A program made the translations under genes and the position numbers. Shown here in pieces: positions 34,140 to 46,073 of a stretch of 64,000 nucleotides of DNA. Each line of letters begins with the position of its first letter. Positions within the stretch are counted from its first letter, which is position 1. The DNA comes from Cyanophora paradoxa CCMP329 (taxonomy: Eukaryota; Plantae; Glaucophyta), in contig QPMI01000181.1 in NCBI GenBank assembly GCA_004431415.1, positions 26,299-90,298 on the forward strand, read 5' to 3'. The notes beneath the pieces were generated by a model that saw nothing but the letters and a program-made list of their open reading frames with translations, ran no database searches and had not been told where the DNA came from.

Positions 34140-34770
34140 CCCGGTCGGCGCCCGCCCGACCCGGCCCGCCGGGCCGGCCCGGCCCGGCCTGGCCCGCGGT
34201 CGCTGCAGCTATGAAATCGATGCACGGGGCCCCCAGTAGCGCGACCTGCGCGGCCTGCGTGCCCGCTGCGTACTAATCGGCCGCGGTATATTATTCTGAA
34301 CCCTTCAAAAATTCGAATGGAGTCCTCTGCAGCGCCGTGACGTGCATGTGCATGCACATATGCGGCCGCGCGCGGGTCGACATTGGCACATGCGGCTGCT
34401 GCGGCCCGGCGCCGGCACCAAATTAAAGAATTCGAATTCGAACACATTGAACCAAGGCTCTGGGGGTACACTCACCTCCGACTTGGCGGCGAGGGCATGC
34501 GCCGCGGCGTGTCGCGGCGGCCTGGGGCCGCGTCGGACATCCTAGATAGTTACAGCGGCGTCCCCGATGACGAGGCCTCGCGCCATTCCTGGTCGCGCGG
34601 CTCGCGGCTCGCGCCGACGCCGGCGTCTGTCGAAGACGATCATGGCGGTGCGCGCGCGTGTTCTCCGAGTAGTCTTCTGCTGCAGCGCTGGCTCCCCATC
34701 CTGATGTGCGAGCACAGCCGCTGGCGGCGCCGGAAGGTCGTCTCGCTCGGGGACCGCCGCCATCACGTTC

Positions 34771-37700
34771 ATGCCGCTCGCAACAGTGAATGGTGCTCCG
34801 GGTGAGTCTCCGGCTGCTCGTATACTCGGCGCGCCGCACCGCCCGGGTGGCCGTTTCGAATCCACGGCCGGCGCCGCGGCCGGCGCGGGCCGCGGCCCGC
34901 GCCGCCCCTGCGGCGGGCCGCGGTCACAGGCGCTTGCCTGCTCTCGCTGGTGTCTCATATCAACGGCGCAGGCGATCTTGATCTCGCAGGCGGCGATCGC
35001 TTGCCGCTCCTGCCGTCTGGCGGTCTCGGCAGCTCGGACCCCTTGCCCGCGGCAATTGCAAGCGCTGGCATCTCATCATCGGCTCCAGCCAAGAGCGGCA
35101 GCGGCGGCCCTGCAGCGGGGGCGGGATCCGAAGCAGGCCCAGGCGCATCCGCAGATGCCGCGGCCGCAGCTAAGAATCTTGTTGAAGCAGCGAAAGCGGG
35201 AGACTTGGCCACAGTGCGGTGCGTCCACTTTAAGAACGCTCGCGTGATCATCAGATCTAGCTAGAAGATCCGCGACTCACATTTCTGCAGGAGGCTTCTG
35301 GATCGCGGTGCTGCCGTGGATGCGCCGGCGGCAGCTAAACAGGAGAGCGGGTTCACCTGGACCGTTACGGCTCTGTGTGCCGCCTCCAGAGCCGGCCACG
35401 AGGACGTCGCCAGGCCAGCATCCTTCTAGCGCGCGGGTGGTTTCGTCGCTTCCTGATCGGTTCCGGGCCGGATGGCGCAGGCTGCTGCTTGATCGGGGCG
35501 CGGCAGTCGACGCTCGAGACTCGAACGGGCAGACCGCCCTGTACAACGCCGCTGAGAAGGGACACGAGGCGGTCGTCCGGCGCGCGAGTCCGGCTTCGAA
35601 TTCGATTCGGGCCGCCCGCGCAGAGGGCTTACTCGAACCTCGCAGGTTGCTGCTGGAGCGTGGAGCGGCGGTGGATGCCCGGGCGGAGGGGATTCGGGAC
35701 ACCGTGCTGCACCGGGCAGTCATGAATGATCAAGCGGGGGCAGCGAGGTTCGCGGGCCGGGGCCGGGGCTGCTCTGGGTGGCTACGAAGACCCGACCGGG
35801 CCCCGCCAGGCTGCTGCTGGAGCGCGGGGCGGAGTTGGACAGCCGCGCCGAGTACGACTCGACCCCGCTCCACTACGCAGCCGGTAACGGCAGTGAGAAT
35901 TGTGCGAGGCGCGTCGCTTTGATTCGCGTCCATCACGGAGCGATCAATCGCTCACCGGGCGCGGGCGGGCGCGCAGGCTGCTGCTCGAGCGCGGGGCGCC
36001 GGTGGACGCGGCCGACGAGTTCGGGCGGCGCCCCCTCCACAGGGCCGCTGAGACTGGCCACTTGGGGATCGCCCGGTGCGCGGCCAAGCGGGCTCGATCG
36101 GAGGAGTGGGAGCCGCCCGCGACCGCGCCGGCTGCGGGAGGGGGGGGGGGGGGGGGGGGGTGGAAGGGTTGGGAGGGGAGGGGGGAGGGGGGGGGGGGGG
36201 GGGGTTGGGGGGGTGGGGGGGGGGGGGGGGGGGGGGCGGCCGCAGGGCGGACAGACGGACAGACGCCTTACCGGGCCGCGCAGGCTGCTGCTGGACCGCG
36301 GGGCGGCGGTGGACGCTCGGACCTCCGGCAAGTGGACGCCGCTGTTCGATGCTGTTTCCTGGGGGCACGAGGCCGTGTGCCGGTGCGCGCGCGACGGCGA
36401 ATGCGTGCCGAAATTGGAGCCGGTCTCCCATCCCAGAAATATTCCCCGTGCCAACCGAACCCGCGCAGGTTGCTGCTCGAGCGCGGAGCGGCGGTGGACT
36501 CTCGGGACGAGGATGCCTTGACCGCGTTGCACCTCGCTGCGAAGAAGGGGCGCCTGGAGATCGCCCGGTACGCCGCGGGGGCGGCCGTCGAGCTCGCTTG
36601 CTTAAGCTTGCTCGGGGCCGGCCGCGCGTGGGCTGACGCCCGACTCGGCTCGGCGCGTCCCGCCAGGCTGCTGCTGGAGCGCGGGGCGGAGGTGGACCCC
36701 CGCGAATCGAACGAAATGACGCCCCTCCACCACGCGGCCGCCGGGGGCCACGAGGCCATCGCGCGGTGCGCCGGCGCCCGCGCCCGCGCCCGGCGCCCCT
36801 GCGGCGTATCGAGCTCAACGGACCCGCTTCCGCAGTCTGCTGCTTGAGCAGGGGGCAGCGTTGGACTCGCGCGACCGCGAGGGGAGGACGCCCCTCCACG
36901 CCGCCATTCAGAAGGGCTACGAGGGCGTTGTGCGGTGCGCACTCCGAGCTTTCGTTTCGCTTGCTCTTCGTATGTTGCTGATTGTCCGATCGACTGCAGT
37001 TTGTTCCTCGAGTCGGGGCGCGCGGTGCCGTGGGCGGCCCGCGGCGCGGACGGCCTGTCGCCGGTCCAGATCGCGTTGGACGCGAAGAACACGCCGCTGG
37101 TCAAGGCGTTCTTCTTCGGGCCGAGCAGCGGGGGCCTGGGCCTCCAGTTCTCCAAGGAGGGCGCCCCCGAGCTCTGCCGCGGCCTCGTGGGCGTGATGGG
37201 CCTCGACCTGGACGTGCGGGCCGTCGTGGCGAAGTTCCCCGCCGGCAAGCTCAACGTCGTCCTGGCCGTCGCCAAGCTGTTCCAGGTGCCGCGCCGCCGT
37301 CGCGCGCCTCGGACGGGCCGAGCGTGTCGTGATCGCCCGCCGGCGCCGCGGACCGAACGTTAACGTGTCGCCCGCCGGCGCCGCGCAGGAAACCGCGAGC
37401 GAGGACGAGCAGGCGACGCTCGGCGACCGCCTGAAGGAGCTGGAGGGGATGGCCGTCGAGCTGCTCGACAGGATGGAGGCCGCCTTCTCCGAGCGGCTGC
37501 AGCGCCGCCGCTACGAGAGATCCGAAACCGGTGAGATTGTGGCTCGATCTCTGCGACATGTACATTGGATGCGGGGCGGATGACCTTTTCTCGGCAGGAC
37601 CCTGGTTCACGGCCGTCAAACGCGCTTTCAACAAGATCGAGTCAGCGTCCGACCGGGGCGAAGGGCTCGACGCGGAGATCGAGGCGTGCCTGGCGCAGAC

Positions 37701-40700
37701 GCCGCACGACGCTCGGGACTCGTGGCTCGTGAAGACGACCCTCGCCGTGCGCAGTCGCCAGCGTCCTCTTCGGATACGAGTACTAGTGGCTTTTTAACGC
37801 GCGCGCCCTCGCAGACGTGCGACAGGGAGCGTCTGGCGTCCCTCAAGGACGCGGGGATGCCCATCCGCGATGCGGTGGAGGCAAGCTTTGAACCTCGAGC
37901 TTAAGCTTAAGCTAAGCTTTACCTTAAGCTTAAGCTGAGCTTGAGCTTCAGGTGCTGGAGGCGTGCCTGGGCGGCCAGGCGTCCGCCCTCGACATGGCCC
38001 TCGACCTCGGCTTCACTTCGGTCGTGGTGCGAGCCGGCGCCGCGCGCGCCGATGCGCTCCGTCTGTCTGCGTCGCCGCCGATGTGGGCGCGCGCGCGCAG
38101 GGGCACCGCTTCGTGCAGCGCTACGTGAACCGCATCTGGGAGGGCGGACCGCCGCTCTCCGTGATGTCCGTCCTCCCCGCGTCGCTGGCGGCCGCGCTGC
38201 CGTGGGGGCCCACGCTCTGGACCGGCGTCCAGTGCAGCTTCTGCAAAGTGGTGCGCGGATGTCACCTCCAACGCCGCAGTTCTAAGAGAGGCTGACCCGA
38301 TCAGCGCAGAGCCCGATCATTGGCACGCGGTTCAGGTGCATGGAGTGCTCGACGGAGATCTGCGCCGACTGCAGGGCGGCCGGATTCCACTCTTCCCACG
38401 AGCTGGACAAGATGGAGAAGCCCAAAGCGAAGCCGTCGACGTCCGACCGGGAAGCCGACTCGAAGGAATCCCAGCGGTCCGCCGCCACCGGCACCGAGAC
38501 GGGGCAGCTGTGGTACGAGTGGCGGACGAACGCGCTCGGCGGCTGGCGGGGGCGGCTGGCTATGGAGCTCGGCGCATTCCTGCTCTTCCTCGCCCTCCTC
38601 GGGGCCGGTGAACGTTAACTCTGATCGGCATCGATTATCAATGCCGTTGCTCGCGATCGGTCGATATTGTTCTTACTCTGAGGTTTGTGGGCAGTGGTCT
38701 TCCGCGGAGGCGGCTGGCTCCTCGCGCCCCTCGCGCTGCAGACCCTCGGCCTGATCGTCTACGAGGTCTCCCAGGTGCTCTCTCTTGAAATCATCGGAAA
38801 TGTATCCAAGTCGCCGCCCGATGATGGCGCCACGTGCGCACAGCTCCTCGACGAACGCCGATCGGGGGGCGTCGCCGCCTACTTCTCCAACGTCTTCACC
38901 TGGATCGACTGGGCCGTCCTGACCATATCCTACAGCCCGCCGCCGCCGCCGCCGCCCGCCGCCTGCCCCTCGCCTCTTGCCTCTGTCCACGCCGCCGCCC
39001 CTGACTCTGTCTGCTGCGCCCGCCCGCACGTGGCTCTGGCGGCCTCCGCCTGCGCCCTCTGCGCCGAGGCGCTCAACCTCCAGGGCGCCCTCCGCACCGC
39101 CCCCATCCCCGTCCTCTCCGTCGGTCCGCGCTCCGCATTCGTGCTGCTCGCCCGCCGTACACACTGCGCCTTGATGTAGATTTAAGAACTACACTTTCTT
39201 TCTTCGATTTTTCGTTAGCGTGATTTCGAGCATTGTGATCGCCCACCCGACTAATCCGTAGCTTTAAATTTCACAATTTAGTAGCTTGCGCCTTGGTGTA
39301 GCTTTATATTTTACAATTAAGCTTTCTATCGTTGATTTTTACTAATCCGCTGGGCCCGCCTCGTTGACGTTCGTCCGCCAGTGTCCATCCCCGCGGGCCT
39401 GCGCCTCCTCGAGTTCGGGTTCATCAGCGAGGCCCTCGGCCCCATGCTCGTCGTCCTCGGCAAGGTGCTTATAAGCTTATACAACCTACTATGATATAAG
39501 CTTATAAGTGCCTTAATGTAAGCTTCTTCTTCTCGTGGCAAGGTGACCGCGCTCTAAAATCCTCCCGTGCCTTCTCGCGATCATGCCAACCCGCTCTCCT
39601 CCCCATTCACGCCCGCGTCGCTCGTGGCAGATGGCGAAGGACGTCCTGACCGTGCTCCTCGTCCTCGCCGTCGTCTTCGGCAGCTTCTGCTTCGGCCTCT
39701 GGGGCTGGTCCCTCAACGTGGGCTCGGGCGCAGGCGCGGAGGACGCCGTGAGCCTTGGCGAGATGGCGTGCGTAGCGCACTTTGCTTTGAAGCATCGATA
39801 ATATTTCAATTCCAATTCATTTGACGGCGCTGATCGGAACGCTCGCCGCGCACGGCACGGAAGCGGCGCGCTGTACTTCGCCGTGCTGGGCGAGAGCGAC
39901 TCGGGCGAGTTCGGCGCCCGCGTCCCCTACATCGGTCGGTCCGGGCGCCGCGCCCCCCGCTGTTCGCTAGCTATAGCCTAGTAGACACCCAGTGCAAGCA
40001 CCTTAGCCAACTTCGGCCACACCCAAGCCACCTCAGGCTATCTATCTGCACACGCCCACGCCCTCGCCCCCGCAGGCGCGGCGCTCCTCTCCGTCTACCA
40101 GATCCTCACCGTCGTCCTCCTCCTCAACGTCCTCACCGGCCTCTTCAGGTCAGTTCGTCCGTCCCGTCCCGTCCCGTCCGTCCCGTCGTCTGTTTGTTCG
40201 TTCGTGCCGCGGCGCGGTAGCACTCGGCCGACTTCTTCAATGCAATCCCGCGCCCGGTTTAATCGTCTTCGGCTTAATCTTGTTCGATTACAACATTAAT
40301 CTCGCGGCTCGCTCGGCTGGCTCCGCCTCTAGATCTAACGGAATGTCGCGCCCGCCAGCTCCACGATCACGGCCACGTTCGACAATGCGCGCCTCGTGTA
40401 CGCGTACGGGCGAACGAAGGTGCCCGAAGCTCTTTCCCTACCGTATCGATATATCCCCCGCTTGCTTTCGCGGCGTACGCGTAACACTGTCGGACCGGCC
40501 CCGTCAGATCGTGCTGCGGTACCACCGGAAGGAGCGGCAGGTGGTGGCCCCCTTTAACCTCGTCGGGCTGCCCCTCGCCTTCTCCCGCCGCCTCTCCGAC
40601 GCGGCCGTCGACCTCGCCTCGGGCCTCGCCCTTCTCCCGCCCCTTCTGCTCCTCGCCACCCTCGCCGACCTCCGCCGCCTCGCCGCCGCCCGCCTCTCCG

Positions 40701-41497
40701 CATCCGTATCCGGCAACAAAGAGAAGAAGAGGAGGGGCGGTTCCATGCTGGAGATCCGCATCCGGAGCGCTTGGCGGGAGGCGATCGACAAGTACCGATT
40801 CAAGCATCAGCAGCAGCAGCGGCGGCAGAGCGCGGCGGCGGCCGCTGATATCGATGGAGCCGGCAAGAGCGTCAGCGCGAACGCGTGCTGCGAGAAGTAC
40901 GACGAGTCTCGGGAGGCGCCGGACCCGATCCACACGGGGCCGCTCCACAGCGACGGCGGCGGCGGCGGCGGCGGCGGCGACGCCGGCGCGCCGCTTCACA
41001 TCGAGCGCCTCGAGGAGAAGGTGCGGATTGAAAGCAACTCGTTCCATTAATATTATTAATAGAGAGCGATGTAGTCATGTGCATTAGAGCGCAAATTCGT
41101 TAAGAGGCGTGCGGCTTAGAGATCAGAATAGGCATGCGCATTTCCACATGACTCAGTTAATTTGTCGGCCGCTCACGCGTGCCGCGGGCAGCTGGCGAGA
41201 CTGGAGGCGAGGCACGAGGCGGAGAGGCGCGCGGCGAGGGCCGAGGCGGCCCGCGCGCAGGCCGCCCTCGACGCCATCCTCGCCGCCCTGAGGCCCGGCG
41301 CCCCGGGCGCGGCCTCGGCCTCGGCCTCGGCCGACGCGTACGCCGGTGCGCCTGACTTTCGCAGTGGCGCCGCGCGCGGGCCGCTCTTAAAATGTTTTGA
41401 CCGCGAGCGGTGGCGCTGGCGCAGCGGGCGGCGGCGGGGGGGACGTCTTTGCGCGCCTCTTCCGGCGCTGACTGTTCGACAACGCCCTCCATTTTGA
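34771..41497 (+). CDS. Ankyrin-repeat TRP-like cation channel with an inserted ZZ-type zinc finger and a C-terminal coiled coil
   Basis: Nine or more ankyrin exons (LLLERGAAVD...TPLH.AA..GH), HRFVQRYVNRIW, YFSNVFTWID, LGPMLVVLGKMAKDV, LYFAVLGE (pore), VVLLLNVL and VAPFNL. 3' end approximate. Confidence 0.8.
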
Positions 41498-42388
41498 TAT
41501 TGAGATGTCCATTTCCAATTCCATATAACATGATATTATTTATGTCCATGTCTGCTCAGAAAATGAAGTATCCCGTCGCGGTGTCAGTGCCGCATTGCGA
41601 GCCGCTGGCGTGCGCGAGCAACGGCAACGCGCCCCGTGCTGCCACGCCTGCCGCTGGCGCTCTTAGTTTCGGGCTTCAGGATGCAAAAGGCGTACATCCG
41701 GTCCTCTCGAGCTCTCCGCGCTCCCGCAATCGCCCGTATCCGAATCGGAGCCAGATCCAGGACAGCCAGTAAATTAAACAGCTTAAGATCCGGTCCTTCC
41801 TCACGCGTACGCACCGGTCTGCACTGCAGCTGGGTCCAAATTGAACTCGGCGCCCGCGGCTGCCGCGCCGCTGGTCCCTCGATCTCGGCGAAGAACATCT
41901 AGACCGCAGCCCGCGGCCCATCTTGTGAAAAAGCCAGTTCTGCCCATCTTGAAAGCTTGCGAAGAAGCCAGTTCGTGAAGGTTGAATTAGAGATTCCGCG
42001 GCGCAAGGGAAGCCTTCTCAGAGTCTTCTGGCTGATGGGACCAGGGGCGTGAACCAAGACTGCGTAAGGTGGCGAGGTAGATTGCGGACAAACGAACATT
42101 TTTGCTACGAATATTTACAGCTATATATCTTTGGCCTCGGACTTCGAATTCGCATGCGCACAATGTCCGATGCATGTAGTGAGGATTTCCAGTGAGGCTA
42201 AGGGTAAGCTAGGCGGAGGGTTGAGCTGCAAGGCAGGCCTGACAATCATGCCTCCAGCCACCAGGCGCCGCCGACACACTTGTTGCAATTTTCGCGCTGG
42301 TTTCTTCCTAGAGCTGGCTATGGTGGATAGGACGGCTCCGGCTGCCGGCCCGGCAGGTAAAGGTGTTCTTCGCATACCGGGGCGCGCG

Positions 42389-45113
42389 CTACTTGCGCGC
42401 CGACCGCTTCGGGCAGTTCGGGTACGCGTGGGCCGGGTTGTTGAAGAACGAGTGCAGCAGGCGGTTCCCCGTTGCCTGCCGCGCAAAAACGTCACCTAGT
42501 GCGCGAAACCGCCACAACAGCAAGCGAATTCGAAAGCGGGCCTTGAAGTTGCTGTGGGGGGCGTCGGGGTTCGCGAAGGAGAGTTTGTCGAGCGTGGCGC
42601 TCGCGATGATGCCGTCGATCGCCTCGTACGCAGTCGCGCACGGAAATTCCTGAATTTCCGGCGGGATCAGAGATCGAAATCCGAGAGGTCGTGATCGAAT
42701 TAAATCGGACCTCCAGGAAGAGGGCGGCGACACCCGCGGTGGGCGCGGCGGAAATGCCTGGGCCCCACCCGTTCGCCACCGTGAAATCCGAGCCTTTCTT
42801 CCAGCAGTTCGTGTTCGTCTGCGAGAGAGCTCAATTTGCGCGGCGGGCTCGAAAAGGGACGATATGACTGCGAACGGACCTGGACGGCGGTCGTGTAGTT
42901 CTGCTCTGTAAGACCGTCGCACTCCACGGCCCAGCCGCTGGTGTTCAACTTGCACATCCACTGCGAGCCGAGCGGTGCCGTGTCGATGACCCTTTTCGGC
43001 GATTGGTCAACGTTGCGGGCAGCAGAAGAGAACGAGCTCGAGGTTTGCCCACGCGTACGCACCCGGGCGACCACATGTCGACGCACTTGCCGAACGCGGA
43101 GCCGAAAAACGGGTTCGCGGTGCTGTTGGAGTTGTCGTTCGGGCGCCACGCGAAATTCCAGAAGCCAAGGTAGTCCGGGATGACGTCCTCCTTGCTGCGC
43201 TCGAGGCGTTAACCTTATACTTCGTTCTTACTAACATTAAAGGCTTGTGGGTTTGTAAAAGAATAGAAAAAGCTCACTTTGCCACGCCGGCGAAGAGAGA
43301 GCCACGGATGCCAGACTGCACGAAGCTGCACGCGTTCGCGAGGAAATCAGGCCCGCTGCCGATCACGACGATCCCATTCTCCAGCGCCCTGCGAAACTCA
43401 ATTGTTGGAATATGCACGCACGGTTAACAATCCGGCGCGGACCTGTTGATGCTCTGGCGCATCGCGCCGTTGTGGTCGCTGACGTAGTGGGCGGACCGGC
43501 CAAAGCTGTGCACCGACATGACCGCCGGCCTCGATGTGTTCTCCAGCCTTTTCTCGATCACCCAGTCGATACCCTGCTCAAGCGTTAGATCGACGCCCTC
43601 CGAGCTGGGATGAGGATCGATGCACCATCGTGATCTGCCAATTCGGCGTGGCGGCGCCTCTACGATTGAAACGAGAGTCGTAGACTTTCACGGAAATGAC
43701 TGGCGAGACCAAGCGATCAGGCTGGTGTAGCGCGTACGCAGACTAACATTGAAAGCATTGTAACGCACGGCTTGCGTCGAACGCGGGGCCGTAGCCGTAG
43801 GCACCGATCATCGCGGCGATCGATGTGCTGGCGCCGGCGAACTCAGAGTCGAAGTACGGGTTGTTGTAGTTCGCGATGACCTCGGCGTTGTTGGGGTTGT
43901 TGTCGTTCGGCGGCCATCCGACGACCTAGAAAACGGAGTCCTCAGCTGCAGTGAACATGTTCATGGGCCAAACATTCATGGGAGCACCTGACAATATTCT
44001 TGCAGCACCGCACCGACTGCGGAAAAAATTAGAATGCTCAAAGAAGGCAAGCGCGGCATCGACATCGATCACGCGCCCGCGAATCCGGTCGGCAGCGACC
44101 GGCTGAACTCGTCCATGCCGTCCCGCACGCCCAGCGGCACGTCGCGGGTGCAGAACGCCGCGTGCTGCGCGTTGATGCCGGCGGCGACGACGTACACGTC
44201 CACCCCCTTCCCTGCGGCCGCGGAGGGATAGTCAGATTTAGAGAGAAACTCTGCAGCGCGAACCACGGCCGCGCGCCGGTATTTTTCCAGGTGTACTCTG
44301 ATGTGGCCGTCGGGTCGATCTTATTCTCCTGGTCAATGCGGTCCAGGTACCAGGGCACTGCGCATGCGCGAAAGAGAGGAGAGGATATGATTCGAGACGT
44401 GCTACTGCGAGGAGATGTTAAACGACTTGACTTTAAATTCAGCGCACCGTTCGTGATGGTCTTGGACTCGCGGTCGGGGATCGGGGTGCCGGCCATCTCA
44501 CAGACCGGCTCGGCGCGCGTCGACTCCCTCGGGCCGATGTCCGGCGAGTGCTCCTTGCAGATTTGGGCATCGTCGAAGGCGGCCGAGAGGCCGCGCCGCG
44601 GGCCCGCGGCCGGCTGCGGGGCCGACGTCGCCGCCGACGGCGAGCTTAAGTCGGCGGCTAGGTCCAGCGACTGGCTCGCCTCGACCTTCGCGAACTTGGT
44701 CCAGGCCTTCGCGAGGGGCACGATGCCATCGGACAGCCTGCGTTGTTGTTGAAATTATAAACCAATCCAAAGATATGCTAGAGAAGAGTCTGATCATGAT
44801 CAGTATGTTTTACCGTTCCAAGCGAAAGAGAGGAGAGAGGCAAAACCTGAGAGGCTCGAGCTCTCTAGATCTGGTTCTCAGACTTTCAGACTGGGCCTCG
44901 AAGAGGAGGACCTTGACTAGACTCTGAGACGGCTCCCCGCCGGGCCGGGCCCTCGAGGGGCCGGGCTGGCCATGGACGGGTGGACAAGTACCGCTGGACA
45001 AGCCGCCGAGCGAGGGCAGCGTGCAGGGCGTCCAGGGCCGCCAACTCCCCGGCCCCGCGCCGGCGGCCGGCCCAGCGGCCCAAACCCGGAGGCGCCCCTA
45101 GGCCTCGATACAT
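42389..45113 (-). CDS. Proteinase K-like subtilase (S8) homolog lacking catalytic residues
   Basis: PWYLDRIDQ, GKGVDVYVVAAGINAQH, GASTSIAAMIGAYGYGPA, SVKV, IDWVI...RPAVMS, GIVVIGSG..AC, FGKCVD and TAGVAALFLE. Start uncertain. Confidence 0.75.
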
Positions 45114-45719
45114 CAATTCAAGTTGATCTTAGGCTCGATTCACTGAATCATAAGCTTACGTATACAATACGTTAGCCATACACCACTGACGTCGTCACTA
45201 ATTTTTATAAGGCTCACTACTCGGAAATGTTTACACTGTTCCGAGACTCGCGTTCGGACACCACGGACATGCAACGAATCACTGCAGTTGCAACTGCACA
45301 TCAAGAGGCTGGTTGTGTCGAGAGTCGAATGGCAGAGATCAGAGCTAATAATCAAGAAACGCGTACGATTTGAATTTCGAACTGATCGAATTAAATCTGT
45401 CACATATGCATACTGCGGATTACGAATGTGATTAACTCATATGGTATTCTACCTGGACACGTGGATGTATGAAAATAGACTCCCAAACGGTATCTATCAT
45501 GATGATAAAAAAATGAAGCTAACGTCTGTATTAGTCCGAATCAATTATATATATCGCAAAAACAATACCACGACAAAGAGATCGAGAGAGAGAGAGAGCA
45601 GCTGATTGTGATCGGACGGAATTCAAGGAGCGCAGTCCGGGATCTCATTGTTCTATAGACCGATACTCTATTATCGTTATCTATCATTATTTGACTGTGT
45701 TTACACTGTATACGCAGAT

Positions 45720-46036
45720 TTAGCCCTTGTGCTTGGCATCGCGGTCGCGGTCGGCCCTCTTAAGCTTGTCGTCGTCGTCGTCGTCGTTCTCCTCGTCGAG
45801 GCGCTCGCCCATCTCGGCGCGCAGCGAGGCGACCTGCACCGCGAACTCCTTCGGGATCATCTTGATGAACTGCGCGCCGGCGGCCGGGCCGAGTCAGCCT
45901 GGCAGAGCTCGAGGCGCGAGGCGCGCGGGCGGGCGGATCGACCTGCGCCGTGCGGCCGCACTCGTCGCGGAGCCGCGCCAGCATCGACCGGAAGAGGAGC
46001 ACTGCGCATGCGCGCCGCGGCGGTGAGCGCAGCGCA

Positions 46037-46073
<37 letters not shown>

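Noticed and set aside
34400-34770. Possible minus-strand gene fragment between PTGES2 and the channel gene
   Set aside because: No recognisable motif or consistent exon chain could be built.
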